This document shows positions 25,803 to 39,149 of a DNA stretch of 64,000 nucleotides, piece by piece. The stretch lies in contig NC_043006.1 in the NCBI RefSeq assembly GCF_006345805.1, positions 25,358,001 through 25,422,000 on the forward strand, given 5' to 3'. Source of the DNA: Octopus sinensis (lineage: Eukaryota). Each line of letters begins with the position of its first letter. Positions within the stretch are counted from its first letter, which is position 1. A model generated the notes under the pieces. That model saw nothing but the letters and a program-made list of their open reading frames with translations, was not told the origin of the DNA and did no database searches. A program made the position numbers and the translations under genes.

Positions 25803-26213
25803 AGGCACAGGAGTGGCTGTGTGGTAAGTAGCTTGCTAACCAACCACATGGTTCTGGGTTCAGTCCCACTGCGTGGCATCTCAGGCAGGTGTCTTCTGCT
25901 TATAGCCCCGGGCTGACCAATGCCCTGTGAGTGGATTTGGTAGATGGAAACTGAAAGAAGCCTGTCGTATATATGTATATATGTACGTGTGTGTATATGT
26001 TTGTGTGTCTGTGTTTGTCCCCCTAGCATTGCTTGACAACTGATGCTGGTGTGTTTACGTCCCTGTCACTTAGCGGTTTGGCAAAAGAGACCGATAGAAT
26101 AAGTACTGGGTTTACAAAGAATAAATCCCGGAGTCGATTTGCTCGACTAAAGGCGGTGCTCCAGCATGGCTGCAGTCAAATGCCTGAAACAAGTAAAAGA
26201 GTAAAAAAGAGTA
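25803..26213 (+). mobile_element. Full-length tRNA-derived SINE
   Basis: A-box-like tggctgtgtggtaag, B-box-like ggttcagtccc, central microsatellite, (AAAGAGT)-type tail; similar copies at 56319 and 61474. Confidence 0.92.
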
Positions 26214-26768
26214 ATCTGGGTAAATACTTCTTAAGTTTTCTGCTATATAATACACTAGACTAACAAAAGATTTTTTTTGATTGCTATAGAACTCCAGGTA
26301 ATCCCAAGGTGAGGTCTGAAGTTGAAGTCCATCACGAGTTGACCTCATAATTCCATGGTTGCATTATCAATTTAATATGGTACATTTTCACAGTGATATA
26401 CAAGAAAAAGCATAAATAATGGGCTTTATATATTTATTTATTTGTGCATTGTAGACTTACAGTTGTTTCTGATATATAGTAATTGAAAAATGTGAACTAT
26501 CACTATAAATGCTGTTGTCTTCAAAGTCAGCAGTTTTCATTTACTCTGGCACATATTGTGCTGACATTATTCAAGTACTTCAATTCTGTGTATATACATA
26601 TATTTACTCAATTTCTCACGTACATCAACGGTTTCTCTCATAGTTTTAATGCAGCATTTTTTATCATTTATAAAACTGTAGGCATTTTTGCTGACACAGA
26701 TATGGTAGTTTTTATATAAGCAAAGGTCTTTTTTTTTTCTTTTGTATGTGTAAAAGTTCAATGTATTG

Positions 26769-26872
26769 ATTTCATAAGAAGATCAATATTTTGGCTGTGA
26801 AAAAGATTGACTAATCTAATATTTCATAAGAAGATCAATGTTTTGGTAGTGAAAAAAATTGACTAATCTAAT
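26769..26872. repeat. 52-bp tandem duplication
   Basis: atttcataagaagatcaat...gactaatctaat present twice with a few substitutions. Confidence 0.9.
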
Positions 26873-26912
26873 ATTTTATCAGTTTGTATAGGTGTGATAT
26901 ATTTTAAACTAA

Positions 26913-27302
26913 TCTATTATATAAAATCCGTTCTGTCTGTCTGTGTGTATCTTCTAGGATCTCGAGCATCCTCCATCCGATTGTGCTCAAATTTGATATG
27001 TAGATACCAACGGTATCAGGGCGTGTATAAGTCTTGAAAAAATAACAAAAATCAATTCCAGGTGAGAATGCGATCGATAAAGCCGTGGGAACGTGCATTT
27101 GTAAAATTGTTTTTCTTGGAATAGAAAAAATGTCTCCCTTTATTTCTTCTTTTGCTGGTGTCTCAAATTTAGGTTAAATCAGTGTTTCTCAAAGGGGAAG
27201 CCTATGGGACGGTCGGACAAGTTGTTTTGAGAAAATTTGGTTTAAATGTTTGACAACTCAGCACCATCCATTGGACCGGGGGGGGGGGGGGCGTTTTGCT
27301 TG
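26913..27302 (+). mobile_element. Non-autonomous Helitron-like element, family 2, copy 2 (internally shorter)
   Basis: A|TCTATTATATAAAATCCGTTCTGTCTG start; G-run then GCGTTTTGCTTG|T end. Confidence 0.65.
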
Positions 27303-28563
27303 TATTTTCTAAAAAGAAAGATAAGGACACAAAGAGAAAGGCAAGGACACAGAGATTAAAATAATGTATTGATATAGATAAAGACATTCAAACTTACAAA
27401 ATTAGACACAATTATCTATATGGTCAATGTAAACCACCTCAGTATTGCCTTACATATGCTACAGACACTATCAGTTATAAATACCCAGTGGTGTTCATCT
27501 AGATTTCATTTCCTCTTCATATTACATTTCTGATTTTTAGCTACTTTATTTTGCATGAAATCAATCTCTTATTTATTCTAATTTATTTGTAGTTCTTTTG
27601 ACATAAAATACCTTTACAATTATTTGTACAGGTGCTACTGATTTCTAGTAGGTATCACTATGAATTTTTGAAAATAAATGTAATTCCTACTCTACTTTTT
27701 CTTGAAGAGCATCCAAAAAGAAACATTTTGATGCCTCATTTGTAAAATTTGGATGAATTATTTTATTGACAATTTAAATAGTCAGCAAATTGGTTGAAAT
27801 TTTTGCCCAGTTTGCAGAAATGAATATGCAGCTATATTTGTGATATATCTTTGAAATTAAGGTGATAATTATCTTCAAATTATACAAAATTAACAGTGAC
27901 CATGATGTAGTACTTGCCTATTTTTTTTTTCAGGTGTTCTTGGAAAGACAACTTATTTTTTGGCAATATCTTCAATATTTATGTAAAGCATATTTTGCTA
28001 CATGTAACAAATGGTCGATTTTGCAATGTTTTCAGACCTAGCTAAATCCAAAGCTACAAGTCAGAGGAATTTGAGTTTTGGCACATTTGTAGCAGGTATG
28101 GAAGTAAATAAATAGTGAGATTTGGGGACATGACACCATTTCCATAAAATTTTAATAGACTATTAAAAATGACTATAAATGGCAGAATTTTGGATCAGGA
28201 CACCTGCAGAAATTACATTTTCTCCATTTTCATGGAGAGTTTTCCTGTTTTTTTTTTTTATGTAAATCTTGAAGAAAATATGTCCTTTTCTTAGTGAAAA
28301 CAATGAAATATTAAATTTTATACTTCATAACAATTATCTGACATCCAAAACTTTAAAATGATATATAATTTTCTTCAGAAAATACTTATTTTGACATGAA
28401 AATGATGAAGCAAAATGTGTTTTTGCATGTTCAAACTGTGCTTGTCTCCATTGTACAGCATTCTATAGTGATACTTATTTCTAGTTAACAATATCGATTT
28501 TTATATTTTTGTTTCCTTTTATTAAAAGTATGATTAATGTCATTTTTATATTATTTATTGCAG

Positions 28564-28668
28564 TCTAACGACAGTTGGGTAACAGTCCACAGTTTAAAAA
28601 CTTTAACTGATGAAGGCATACTTGATCCTGATGATTATCTTAATGATGTCGTAGATGACAGAGAACAG
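28564..28668 (+). CDS. PARD3: Par-3 coding exon (inferred exon 2), CR1/N-terminal oligomerisation domain
   Basis: ttgcag|TCT...CAG|gtaaat; 105 nt, phase 0-0; SNDSWVTVHSLKTLTDEGILDPDDYLNDVVDDREQ matches the Par-3/Bazooka GILDxDD..DV.DD.eq motif. Confidence 0.96.
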
Positions 28669-28889
28669 GTAAATTTTTTTTTTTTTTAAACATAGCTCTT
28701 TGCATTATGATTCTACTTCAAAACAATTTCTTTGACTTCCAGATATGTAGGTTACATTTACATTTATAACAGATACTTATGTAGAACTGTCTATGCAAGC
28801 TCGAAATAATATTGAATTAAATTATATAGCTCCTTAGACTGAAATCAGATTTTTGAAATATCTGCCTTATGAATTTTATGAATTTGTGC

Positions 28890-29445
28890 CAAGTGTCCTT
28901 AGATCTCAAAAACCCTCATAAGTACCCTAGCTGTCCCTAATAGCACAGTTTTCTGGAGCTGTACTAAACTGGATTTTATGCCTATTTCCTCTGTCCTTTT
29001 GTTCAAATCTTTAGGGATAATTCCTAATGTACCTATAACTACTGAGATACATTTTACCTACACTTTGTAACTCTGTAACTCATTGGCCAGGTCCTGGTAT
29101 TTTGCTATTTTCTTTATACCTCTCATATTGACTTTCTCGTCATTTGGGACCCTATAGTCAGTTATCTGGCACTTTCTGTTTTCTGTATCTCCTATTACTA
29201 AATTGGGCCTTCTAGTTTCTGTTACTCTGTCTGACTGAATGTTAAAGTCCCACATCTTATATTTCTTACTTTCTAGTTCTTTACTAGGTTCATGTTCATA
29301 CATTTATCAATATGGTTAAATCCTAGCTTTCTGTGTAACTCCCAGTGCATTACTCTCCCAATGTTGTCATGTCTTTTCTTGTATTCTTTCTGTACCAGCA
29401 TGCTACATTCACTTACTATATGAGTAGCACTTTCCTCTTTTGAGT
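28890..29445 (-). mobile_element. R4/Dong-like C-terminus (zinc knuckle remnant plus RLE endonuclease)
   Basis: EESATHIVSECSMLVQKEYKKRHDNIGRVMHWEL; WDFNIQSDRVTETRRPNLVI...KYQDLA; QKTVLLGTARVLMRVFEI* with frameshifts. Confidence 0.88.
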
Positions 29446-29850
29446 TGTTAAGCATTATTTTGAAATCGAGGAGTTTGTCCATGCTGTCTTTCCAAAGTAT
29501 GAAGCAATCATCCAAATACCTCTTCCAGTTCTCTTTTAAATACCAATTAAATGAGGCGCCATATTTTTCTAGTGATGATTGGTATAACTTAAGTTCTAGG
29601 TAACCCATTACAAGGTTTGCAATCACTGGAGCAGCTCTGGTTCCCATTGCAATTCCACATTTTTGTCAATAGTAAGCTGTATTGAACATGAAATAGTTGC
29701 TCAGCAGGATGAATTTGAGTGCTGCGATTATGAATCTGTGGTTAATGCGTCCTGGGATCTCATTCATTAATTGGTGTGCATTCAAAGCAATGAATAGTAA
29801 CTTACGAAACCACCGGTATGCTTGAATCTCCTTAATAATCTCACAATAAT
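29446..29850 (-). mobile_element. Penelope-like RT core fragment
   Basis: FIIAALKFILLSNYFMF...Y*QKCGIAMGTRAAPVIANLVMGYLE...WKRYLDDCFILW. Confidence 0.9.
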
Positions 29851-29974
29851 GACTTTTATTACTTTTATTCCTACCTCAGTTCATCTAATTGTATATATCT
29901 TTAGTTACTTTTCATAAAAAGCCTTTATTTCTTTTATTTACAATGTGCATTTTCATTGATTTTTCTTACTTTCC

Positions 29975-30042
<68 letters not shown>

Positions 30043-30314
30043 GGTGATGGAAAGGGTGTAGTAGGTATACTGTTAGCTGTGAGATAGATAGAGAAATTAA
30101 TAGAGGTAGTTTGTGTGATAGAATAATTATGCTAGGATTAATCATAAGCAACACAGTAGTTTGGCATATGTCCCACAGGTGTACTGTCAGAAGAAAAAAA
30201 GATTGCTTGTATGAGACCCTTCTGCAGACTGCCTTAACAATGAGTGGCAGCGATTTCATTGTTGCTGTTGATGATTTCAAGAAACATGTTGGTCAGTACA
30301 TTAATGATTCTCTT

Positions 30315-30800
30315 AAATGCTCAGATGGCTCACTAGAAGTGGTTGATTGCTTTCATTACCCAAGAGATGAATTAAGCAAGGGAAATGGTTGCTCTGAAAG
30401 TATAGTTGCTAGAGTAGGAATTAGTTGGAGAAATTTCAAGAAGCTATTGCCATTGTTAACAATGAAAATTTTTTCCCCTTGAGTGAAGGGCAGATTGTAT
30501 GATGCTTGTGTTAGAAGCTTGTATTGCATGGTGGTGAGGTATGTTCTTTTAGCATGCTGCATTGGTTGCGCAGTGTGTGTTAAAAAATTAGTTCAAAAAT
30601 GCTGAGTGAAAAAAAAAAACTGTGTAGAAGAGTAATCAGATGTTGCATTTAAGAAAGAAGACTACACTGGTGTGGGCATGTGATGCGTATGGATGAGAAT
30701 AGCTGTATAATAAAGTGCCATTCACTTAATGTAACTGGAACTTGCACAAGAGGAAGACATTTGATGAAGTGGTGAAGGATGACATGGTAAAGGACCAGGA
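30315..30800 (+). mobile_element. Decayed RTE RT C-terminal fragment
   Basis: LEVVDCFHYPRDELSKGNGCSESIVARVGISWRNFKKLLPLL..GRLYDACVRS, then LHWCGHVMRMDE. Confidence 0.8.
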
Positions 30801-31539
30801 TCTCTGGTAATATTAGGTTCTTGAAAAGACTTGCCTTGCTCAGTGAAATTGAGTCTTGCAAGTTCTCTGTTTCCAGTTCTCCACTCATTACTGCGACTTT
30901 CTCACACCTCATGTATTATATCTGTCTTTTCCTCCCTCTCCCAGCTCCTACAGATTACCCAACCATGTTATAATTCTCTCTTGTCCTTCCTCCCAATGAC
31001 TATATCACTTTTACTTCTCCTACTGCTTTCCACCTCCCCTTTCTGCATCCTCAGTTCATGGCTCTTGTTACATTTACCCCGCAACCCTACCCATCTTGGC
31101 AGTCTGCCTACTCTGTCTGTGCCTTGTGGGCTTACCTGGGCACCACATCGCCCTTATCTCTTGCAACTCCTGCTGTTCATTTTCTCTTTCTCTCTCTAAC
31201 TTAACCTTACTAAATGTGGGTTGCCATGCAGACCCCTCAACAGGAACCTGCACTGTCTCCCCTCCACCCACATTCACTGTAATCTCCTCATCTTCTTGCA
31301 TAAAGCTGACCTCTCTCCCACATTCTAGTGAGGGCTGAGACCAGAACTGGTTTTGGTGGAGCTCTGATCAATTTTGATCAATTGAAAGTGTTCGGCAGAC
31401 TTGACCATTGTTACTTGAAAACCATCTTGAAATCTTCCATCAACCACTTCCCTTGTTTAATTTATCTCTTGGGTGAACTGACAAAACTTAAAATGTAAAG
31501 ATGGGATGAAATGCTGCTAAGCATTATTGCTTAGCAAGT

Positions 31540-33170
31540 TTGGCACTGTTTTAAGAAGTTGGATTGCTGCAATGCACAGTGGTACCTGCTCAGTGATGAA
31601 AGTAAATGACCACCTGCTAGAACTGTTTCACATCGCATGTTCAATGAGTTAGGGCTGCCTACTCTTGCCTCTTCTGTACATGCTGGCTCTCAAGCCATTA
31701 CTGCAGAAGTTGGAGCAGTTGAGCTACATCCCTTTCAAACTAAGATCTAGAAAGACAGTGTTGGCATATGCACATGATGTCACTGTCATGGTGTTGGATG
31801 CTTCCAAAGTGGAGGTGGTCAACACCATTCTAAAGGAATATGAGATGGTGGCAGGGACCAAAATCAATGCCAACTAGCCAGTAGGCTCAAAACTGGATAC
31901 CTGGAGAAGAAGGTCCATGCTGTCAGAAGGTGTTTTGGGGCACTAAACTGATAGAACATTTAAACTGCTTGGGGTTTGATTTGGTTCCAACCTCCATGTG
32001 GTTAAGAATTGAGATGAAGTGATGAACAGAGTGGCCAGTTTTACCCAGAAATGGGCTGAAAGGATGCTGTCTCTGAAAGATTGGGCACCTGACTGTCATG
32101 CCTTGCCCTAGTTACTGCTTGATCAGGTTGGAATGTCTTATTTAGTTTCTTGTGGAAGGCATATGTTCCAATGGTCAAGAGGTCATTCTGTTGCCAGCAC
32201 TCTGCAAGTTTGCTGAGGCATGCTGTGGTTGCTGATGTGCAGACACCTGTTGATATTGTGCCATCTGCAATGATTCCTAGAGAGCGAATGTGTGAGCGCC
32301 ATTTATGAGGCATGTCTTTCCACCTGCAGTGAATGTTCTACTTAAGCAATCTGTAGAAGATTATTGTTTATAAAGTGTGACAATAAACTTGGAGGTTCTG
32401 GGTGTTGTCATAAATGAACTATCTAGTCTGCTCTGAAGGACTTTCCAATCAAGGACTTTCAGTGATAATTTCCAAAAACCTGGTGCTGCTACCAAGGGAT
32501 GCTACCAGTTCAAGATAAACTCTGCAGTCATGGATGTGCTGTCAGACAGGCTCCTCTGAGATGTATGCAGGGCGATGAAACCATTCTGCACACACTTGTT
32601 CAGTGTCCAACCATTATTGACTAGTGAGGTTATGTCAACCAACTGCTGTTGCATGTAGATGGTTCCATCTATCAGCCCCACCACTATCCCCAAGTAAGGC
32701 AATTTTCCTTTGTCTTGTAGTTATGGCAAAAGAAAATGTTTGGTGAACATGGCTGAAAATAGTGAGATCAGAGACATTCCTCTTTGGTAAACCCCACATC
32801 AACTTTTTCAAATTTCCTTTGTAAAGAAAAGTGTGGTGATGAGAGAGGTGCTGTCCTTGAGCAAATATATTGAAAGGCAAATGTAGGTGGCAAAATCACA
32901 AGGGTGAATGGCATCACTCTAAGTATAGACCTGTGAGTCAGAGAACAAGAATGGGAGAGAGCACTTGCTCTTGGTATTCAAGGAGATCTTTGATAGTTGG
33001 ACTCCTTGATTGGCTGTAGAGGTCCTCCCTTCCCTTTTTTTCTTTACTGATGCATACTATGAATGTTTCTTTTCTTTTGTTTTTACTGTATATCATGTAT
33101 ACAATTTATTTTTATCATTCAGTTCTATGTAAATCTCACACATTTTATTAAAACATTCTTTAATAAATGC
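31540..33170 (+). mobile_element. Decayed Tx1/L1-clade LINE 3' half
   Basis: PLLYMLALKPLL...LAYAHDVTV...YEMVAGTKIN...FKLLGV.FG, later ETILHTLVQCP zinc-knuckle-like segment; T-rich 3' end with AATAAA near 33161. Confidence 0.8.
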
Positions 33171-33898
33171 CCATGATAGTGAAACAATATTTTAAGTAAA
33201 AGTTTTTGCTCTTTTTGATAAATTGTGTGTCAATAATGAATATTAAGGTAAATATGAGGCTGGTTTCAACTATTCACACATTCTTTTCAGATCAGGATCA
33301 CATTGACTCTTCACTGAAAGTTTTAAAAAAATTTAAAAAAAGAAAAGAAAAAAAGAAAGGAAATGGATCATCTTTTTCAATCTCATTAGTTATTGTATTA
33401 GCAGAGTCTGTGTGACACATTATGTCAAAAGGCTGGCTTTTGAATTACAGGTACAGTTTGTCTGAAGAGCGTCCACACTTTAAATCTATTCAAGTTCTTA
33501 CACAAGGATTAGGTAGATCAGAGGTTATAGTAAAATATACTTCCCAAGATGTCATACAATAAAATTTAGTCTGAAACCTCATGATTGTGAAATGAACTTC
33601 TAAACCATGAAACCATGCCTGCACCCCTTACTATAAACATCAATAATAATAATGAAATGTTCATGGCTTCATACTTTTTTCCATGTAATAAATTCTTTGT
33701 ATAGAAAGGCTGCAGTATTTTTGGTGCTGGATATATGGCAATGTATTGACAAACATTTGTACATTGGAAAAATGTTAACATGATATAACTGGATGTGAAA
33801 TTGAAAGTTAACACTGTTTCCATTTTCTTAATTTTTTATTTTTTATTAAAATTTTTTTAGACATTATTATTTCAGTGTTTTCTTTTAATTTCTTATAG

Positions 33899-34097
33899 TT
33901 GATAGCCATTTATGATGAAACACAGAGGAACCATGTATTCAACAATGGAGATGGAGCTAGTGCAAGCTCCGTTGGAACTTCAAGCCCAGATATCTTCCAA
34001 AATAATAATGGTACCACTAATTCTAGCAATGGAGATTTTAAAGCATCCAGTCAAACAGATAATGGTGTTGTTGTCACTTTAGAAGATGTTCTTTCAG
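33899..34097 (+). CDS. PARD3: Par-3 coding exon (inferred exon 3), end of CR1
   Basis: tcttatag|TTG...TCA G|gtaata; 199 nt, phase 0-1; LIAIYDETQRNHVFNNGDGASASSVGTSSPDIFQ...VVVTLEDVLS contains the Par-3 GDGxSxSSxGTxSPxIF motif. Confidence 0.96.
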
Positions 34098-34577
34098 GTA
34101 ATATAACCTTCATTATAATAATGATCTTGAAGTGTGATTAATTGAAATGACACCAGTATATGAAAGGTACTTACTGAACCCTAATGATGAAAGGCTGGGC
34201 AAGCTTTTGCAAACAGTGTTAACTACTGCATAGTTTTATGTTTTATCATAATTTCTGTTAACTAAACAGAAGATTAGTTTTGTATGAGAGATACAAATTG
34301 AATTGATTCCAGTATGAGTACTTATTTTATTGACTCTGATTGTGTTTGAATACTAAAATGTGAGACTGTAAACTAATTACATTTTGTCCAGTACTCTACC
34401 ATGTGTGCCAACTTACCTTTTCCCAATTTCCTATTATGCCAAAAAAAAAAAAAAATTAAATTGCAAACTTTTTATACAGATAAGCCATAATTTTGTAGAT
34501 ATATTCATATTTTGTTATTCTGAATCATTTGCTAGAAAGATTAGATTTTAATGAACAGTTTTTCTTTTTCCTAACAG

Positions 34578-34741
34578 GTCCTACTTTACATGTTCGACGG
34601 GGTAGTGAACCAGCCCTTGCAAACCTTGGAGAAGTTGAAGCCTCTTCTGATTTTGCTACTAAACCTGACCCTGCTTCAAAACACAAGCGATGGTCAACAT
34701 TTGGAAATGAGAGAGAATTTCAAACATCGACTCCAAAAGAG
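34578..34741 (+). CDS. PARD3: Par-3 coding exon (inferred exon 4), PAR-1/MARK site and RWST motif
   Basis: ctaacag|GT CCT...GAG|gtattc; 164 nt, phase 1-0; GPTLHVRRGSEPALANL...KHKRWSTF resembles vertebrate LHVRRSSDPAL and RWST. Confidence 0.94.
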
Positions 34742-35779
34742 GTATTCTTTGGGTTTATGAAATAGATCTTGTTTATAAAAAGAAATAACTAACAATCTTA
34801 CTTTGCAACCACTTTTATAACCCCATCAGTTAAAAAATTCAAATCTTTGATTCCTCAATGAAAACCATACCACTTATGTACTTTCCACTATTTTATACAA
34901 CCACTTTTTTAATTGCCTTGAAATTTCAGTATGATCATTTTCACTATAAAAATTATTTTTTGTGTTTTCAACATACATTGAAACTATTATCATAATGCTT
35001 TACTATTAGTCATTGCTGTGTGTATTTCAAATAACAGCACATAACATTATAATGCATATAAAGTTTAGTATATTTAGCAGTTGAAAAATATGTAACATTC
35101 TATTTAAGGTATTTTAAGCATGATAAATCTATTCTCTTCTAACTTTATGATTGTGCTCAAATGATTAATAAAAATATTTGAAAGATTAGATTTTAAGCTC
35201 ATTAGCTAATTCGTTACCATTGTGCACTTTATACATAAACAATCATGTTATAGTGTTATGTTATGTTTAGTTAATTAAATAAGTAAATGTGTATTAAAGG
35301 TCACATGTGTGCTTATCAGTTTGTCTATATTTCATCTATATCAAAATAGATAATGAAAGTAAAGTTTTTAGTAACTTCTAACCAAATAAAAGCCAAAGCA
35401 GGGTGGTGGAGGGTTCTTAATTTGGTTGAGAAATGACTGTGCCCATAGTGTGGTACTCTAGGAAAGGGATATGATATAGGGAATAGAGATGAGTGAACTG
35501 AGAGTTTCTAAGTGGTTCTGCACATTACCAGCCAGTTCTGAAGAGAATGGCTACTGTAATAGTGGTAGAAAAAGCAGAAAGAGGAGACAACACATCTGTG
35601 GTCCAGGAGTTGGTAAGACTTAGCAAGTTTGTACCAGTAATTCAAATGGTCAATCTTTGATGCAGTCTGTGCAGATCCTAGATATGGGAATAGAACTTGA
35701 GCTTTTAGGAGGGTTGGTAGCCACTGGGAACTGAAGTGTTGTGAGGGTTTTAGTTGCATGCTGTTCATGTTCAGCAAGT

Positions 35780-36110
35780 GAGTGTAATAATTTTTCTTAT
35801 ACTCTGCTGGATGGGCAATGTTAGTCTGCATGTATGTCAAAGCACAAATGTGTTGAGAGAAAGATGGGACCTAAGAGGTGTCAGATGTAATGCACAAGAG
35901 AAGACTGCATTGCTGTGGTCATGTGTTGCATATGGACAAGAACAACTGCATAAAGAAGTGCTGGTTGCTTAAAGTGAATGGAATATTTGGAAGAGGAAGC
36001 CTCAGAAAAATACGGCATAAAATGGTGAAGAATGACCTTCAGATGTTGAAGCTCATGGAGATGACAAAAGACTGAAATGCTTAATAATTTGCAGTGCTTG
36101 ACAAACCTGT
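35780..36110 (+). mobile_element. Decayed RTE RT C-terminal fragment
   Basis: RRLHCCGHVLHMDKNNCIKKCWLLKVNGIFGRGSLRKI. Confidence 0.8.
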
Positions 36111-36734
36111 CCACTTAAACAAAAATGAAGCCCTAAAAGCATGTTACCTATGTCTGTGCCCCTGCACCCAATCTGTCCTTAATTAATGCCCACAACCCAT
36201 TTTCCTGTCAACCATCCATTCTACATCCCATCCTTCTAACACCCACCTGTTTATCACCCTTCTAACTACAGAGTTACCTACTTCACTGGTGCAATTATGA
36301 GACTACTTCCTTCTACACACACTCCTGCTATCATTCCTTACCTCCTTATTCTGCTGAATGTCCCTTTCACCTTCTCTTCCCCTGTACAGCCCCTCATTTT
36401 GACTGTAGCAGCCCTTCCCTTATATCTCTGTCCATCTCCCACCATTTACACCTTCATATAACTCTGACTTACCCCTAGCACCTTGTATATCTTGTATACC
36501 ACTCCCACTCATTTTGCTCCATCTTGCTATCATCTGTTACCTCTCTGATCCACTCTTATTTCCTCCTCCTTTGTATCCAATAGCTATTCATCTTCACCAT
36601 CGTCCTTCTCTTCCAAGTGGTGTAACTATTTCTCCCCTATAGCAAGATATCTGTTCCTGTCCCCCTCATCATACTTAATCATCCTAGCATAAAGCCACCT
36701 CTCTCTATAGTATATCTCCCACTCCAGTTTGAAG

Positions 36735-36915
36735 GGTTTTGTCATAGTAACCTCACTAGTGCCAGTGCTATGTAAAAAGCACCCAGTACACTCTATAGGG
36801 GTTGGCATTAGGAAGGGCATCAAATCTTAGAAATCAGACATAAGAGATTGGCATAGTCCTCTGGCTCACCAGCCTCTGTCAAACCATTCCACCCATGCTA
36901 CCATGGAAAATGGAT
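36735..36915 (+). mobile_element. Diverged RTE 3' UTR
   Basis: gggttggcattaggaagggcatc...caaaccattccacccatgctaccatggaaaatgga. Confidence 0.7.
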
Positions 36916-37279
36916 GAATGGACAGACGGACTTGCTGCTGTTGGAGGAAAGATTGCCATGACCATGTTGGAAATGTATTGGGGTCTCTTTTCATACAGTC
37001 AATACTGATATGGCATGATGTTGTGTTGCCCAAGGTTAGTCCTATGGCATGCAGGTAATCAGCTGAATGAGGGCTGGCCCACAAGATCATCTTCCTACTT
37101 ATACCTGACCGAGTACTACACTACACACTAAAACATGCAGTGCTGGAACATATGGTGTATATCATAGCATGACAGTTTTGTATATACTGTGCTATCTTAA
37201 TTTTGTATATACTGTGCTATCTCAATTATTCTGAGGGCAGAAGTTGGTAAGATGGTTACAGCATGATAATTGCTGCTTT

Positions 37280-38800
37280 TTTTCACTTAGTTGCATACAA
37301 TCTTGTCTGAAGTTAGTAAGAATAATTATGCAACTATTTCTCTGTGTGTGTATTTTTTATGTTTGTCTATGCTAAGAGGGAGAGGTAATGTGTTTAGGAT
37401 GTTGTAGTGCTCCAATGTGTTGTATATGTGCCTGGGTGTTGTTGAAGCTGGTTTTGATGTTGTGACAGAGACTGAGGATTGAAGTATACTACTGCAACAA
37501 AATGCCTCTTGCATGTCCAAATGGTCTTTCAATTTTAATACTGAGCTTCATTGTATGAGTAACCTGTGTGCATGCGCTGTGTAAAACCTGTTATGATGTG
37601 TAGTGTGTTGTTTTGTGTTCTTTGTAATCTGTTGTAATTGTTATGGAGAGATTTTGGTACCAGGTAAGATTAGCGTAGTTTATAATAGGTATAATTTATT
37701 GTGATTTCTTCCTTGCTTGTATATCAGTTTAATTTCTTTACCATATTTTTTATACACATATATTTTAAACAACAGAAAATACTCACCAGTGTTTTGTGTT
37801 GTTTCAAAAGGTGTCATCAAATAGTTTTTGTTTGACTGGATACAGAGTGGAGTTAAAAGCTTTGCTGATGTCAATGGTAGTTAGAAAGGACACATAGGGA
37901 GTTTTTGTTGTTGAAAACATTATCTACTTTCTGTAATGATCTGAAACCATGTAGTGATTTGGAAAAGGGCTATGTGTTGGTTAGTGATATTGAGGATAAG
38001 CTTTTCTAAAATTTCTGGAAATACATAGTATGGTGATGACTTTGTATGATGTTCATTTTGATTCTTGTTCGTCTTCAGAATTATTAAAATTTTGTTTGGC
38101 TTCCGAAGTGAGGTGCCTTCTGTATGTGGATAATGCTTCGGTGTAAAAGGTTATGGAGAAATGAATGGTGGTATTATGTGCATGAAAGTGAACATTGTTG
38201 GATAAGAGATAGGTTGTAATGTATAAAAGAAGTGTATGAGGGATAAAATGAAACCCTGGGCACACAAGAATTGTTAGTGTGGGGCTCGGGAAGTGTTCCA
38301 TTAGCATATGTATGATAGTGTATACAGAAACTGCATTGTCCCGAATGGAGTTCTATATGAATCCATCTATTCACTCATTCTTTTCAAGGCATACACATAT
38401 GACCTTACCATGGACAGGAAGCCACCAATCCAAAAGATGAGAAATGGATGGAGCTTATAAACAGGTTGTTTTGATATATTTGTAGCATACCAGACACTGC
38501 CAAAATTTTTCTGATGCTACAGGTAGCAACATCTTTTCATCAAATTTCTCAAAGTTGTGAACCCACTGGGGACCGATTTATGAGAGTAGGTTTACGGTAG
38601 ATCTAGCCTTTGGAAAAAAACTATATTGGTGATCTTTAAAGGAGGGGAAGGATTCAAGGTGTTGGAGAAAGTTATTAATTTCTGTCAAATATTGGAACTG
38701 AGTGCATTAGAATGGTAGTTGGCAGGATCAACAAGTTTACCATTTTGAGAATGGGACTAATACTAATATTTTCAAACATCCATAAGAAATGAAAAATTGA
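37280..38800 (-). mobile_element. Old I/Jockey-like LINE RT remnant
   Basis: Minus strand TIDISKAFNS near 37850 and K..DPANYH...LSS near 38720 resemble RT motifs; heavily decayed. Confidence 0.55.
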
Positions 38801-39149
38801 AGAGCTTGTTGAAGACAGGTGAACTCAGGTGCCTAGTTTAAGGTAATAGAAAGGACATTGTCAGGGATTGTGGTTTTGAAGTAACTGAAGGTACTTTTGT
38901 GCTTTTATCCATATGTACCTAGTAGTGAGTGCAGAAGAATAGTTTTGAAGAAGATTTACCTAGATTTCAATGAGATGGACAGTGAATGTGTAGACCTCCT
39001 TTGCAAGAGTACTGTTCACAGTACAATCACGGTGAAGTGGAGCAAAGGTTGTTCCACAAGAAATTGTAGAACTGTCTTTCTTGGACTCAAGAGATACCAA
39101 CAATATAATATATATTATGTGTGTGTGTGGGTGAAGACAGAGAGAGAAA

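Noticed and set aside
27918-27940. ttttttttttcag|gtgttc, another AG|GT junction in the first intron
   Set aside because: The donor (gtgttc) is poor and there is no sensible reading frame; weaker than the 41306 site
1-28563. Search for the first Par-3 coding exon (MKVTVCFG-like)
   Set aside because: No such peptide found; it probably lies upstream of the window
30831-31338. Leu/Ser-rich ORFs in pyrimidine-rich sequence (similar block at 36120-36620)
   Set aside because: Compositional artefact of CT-rich tracts following RTE fragments; no splice or homology support
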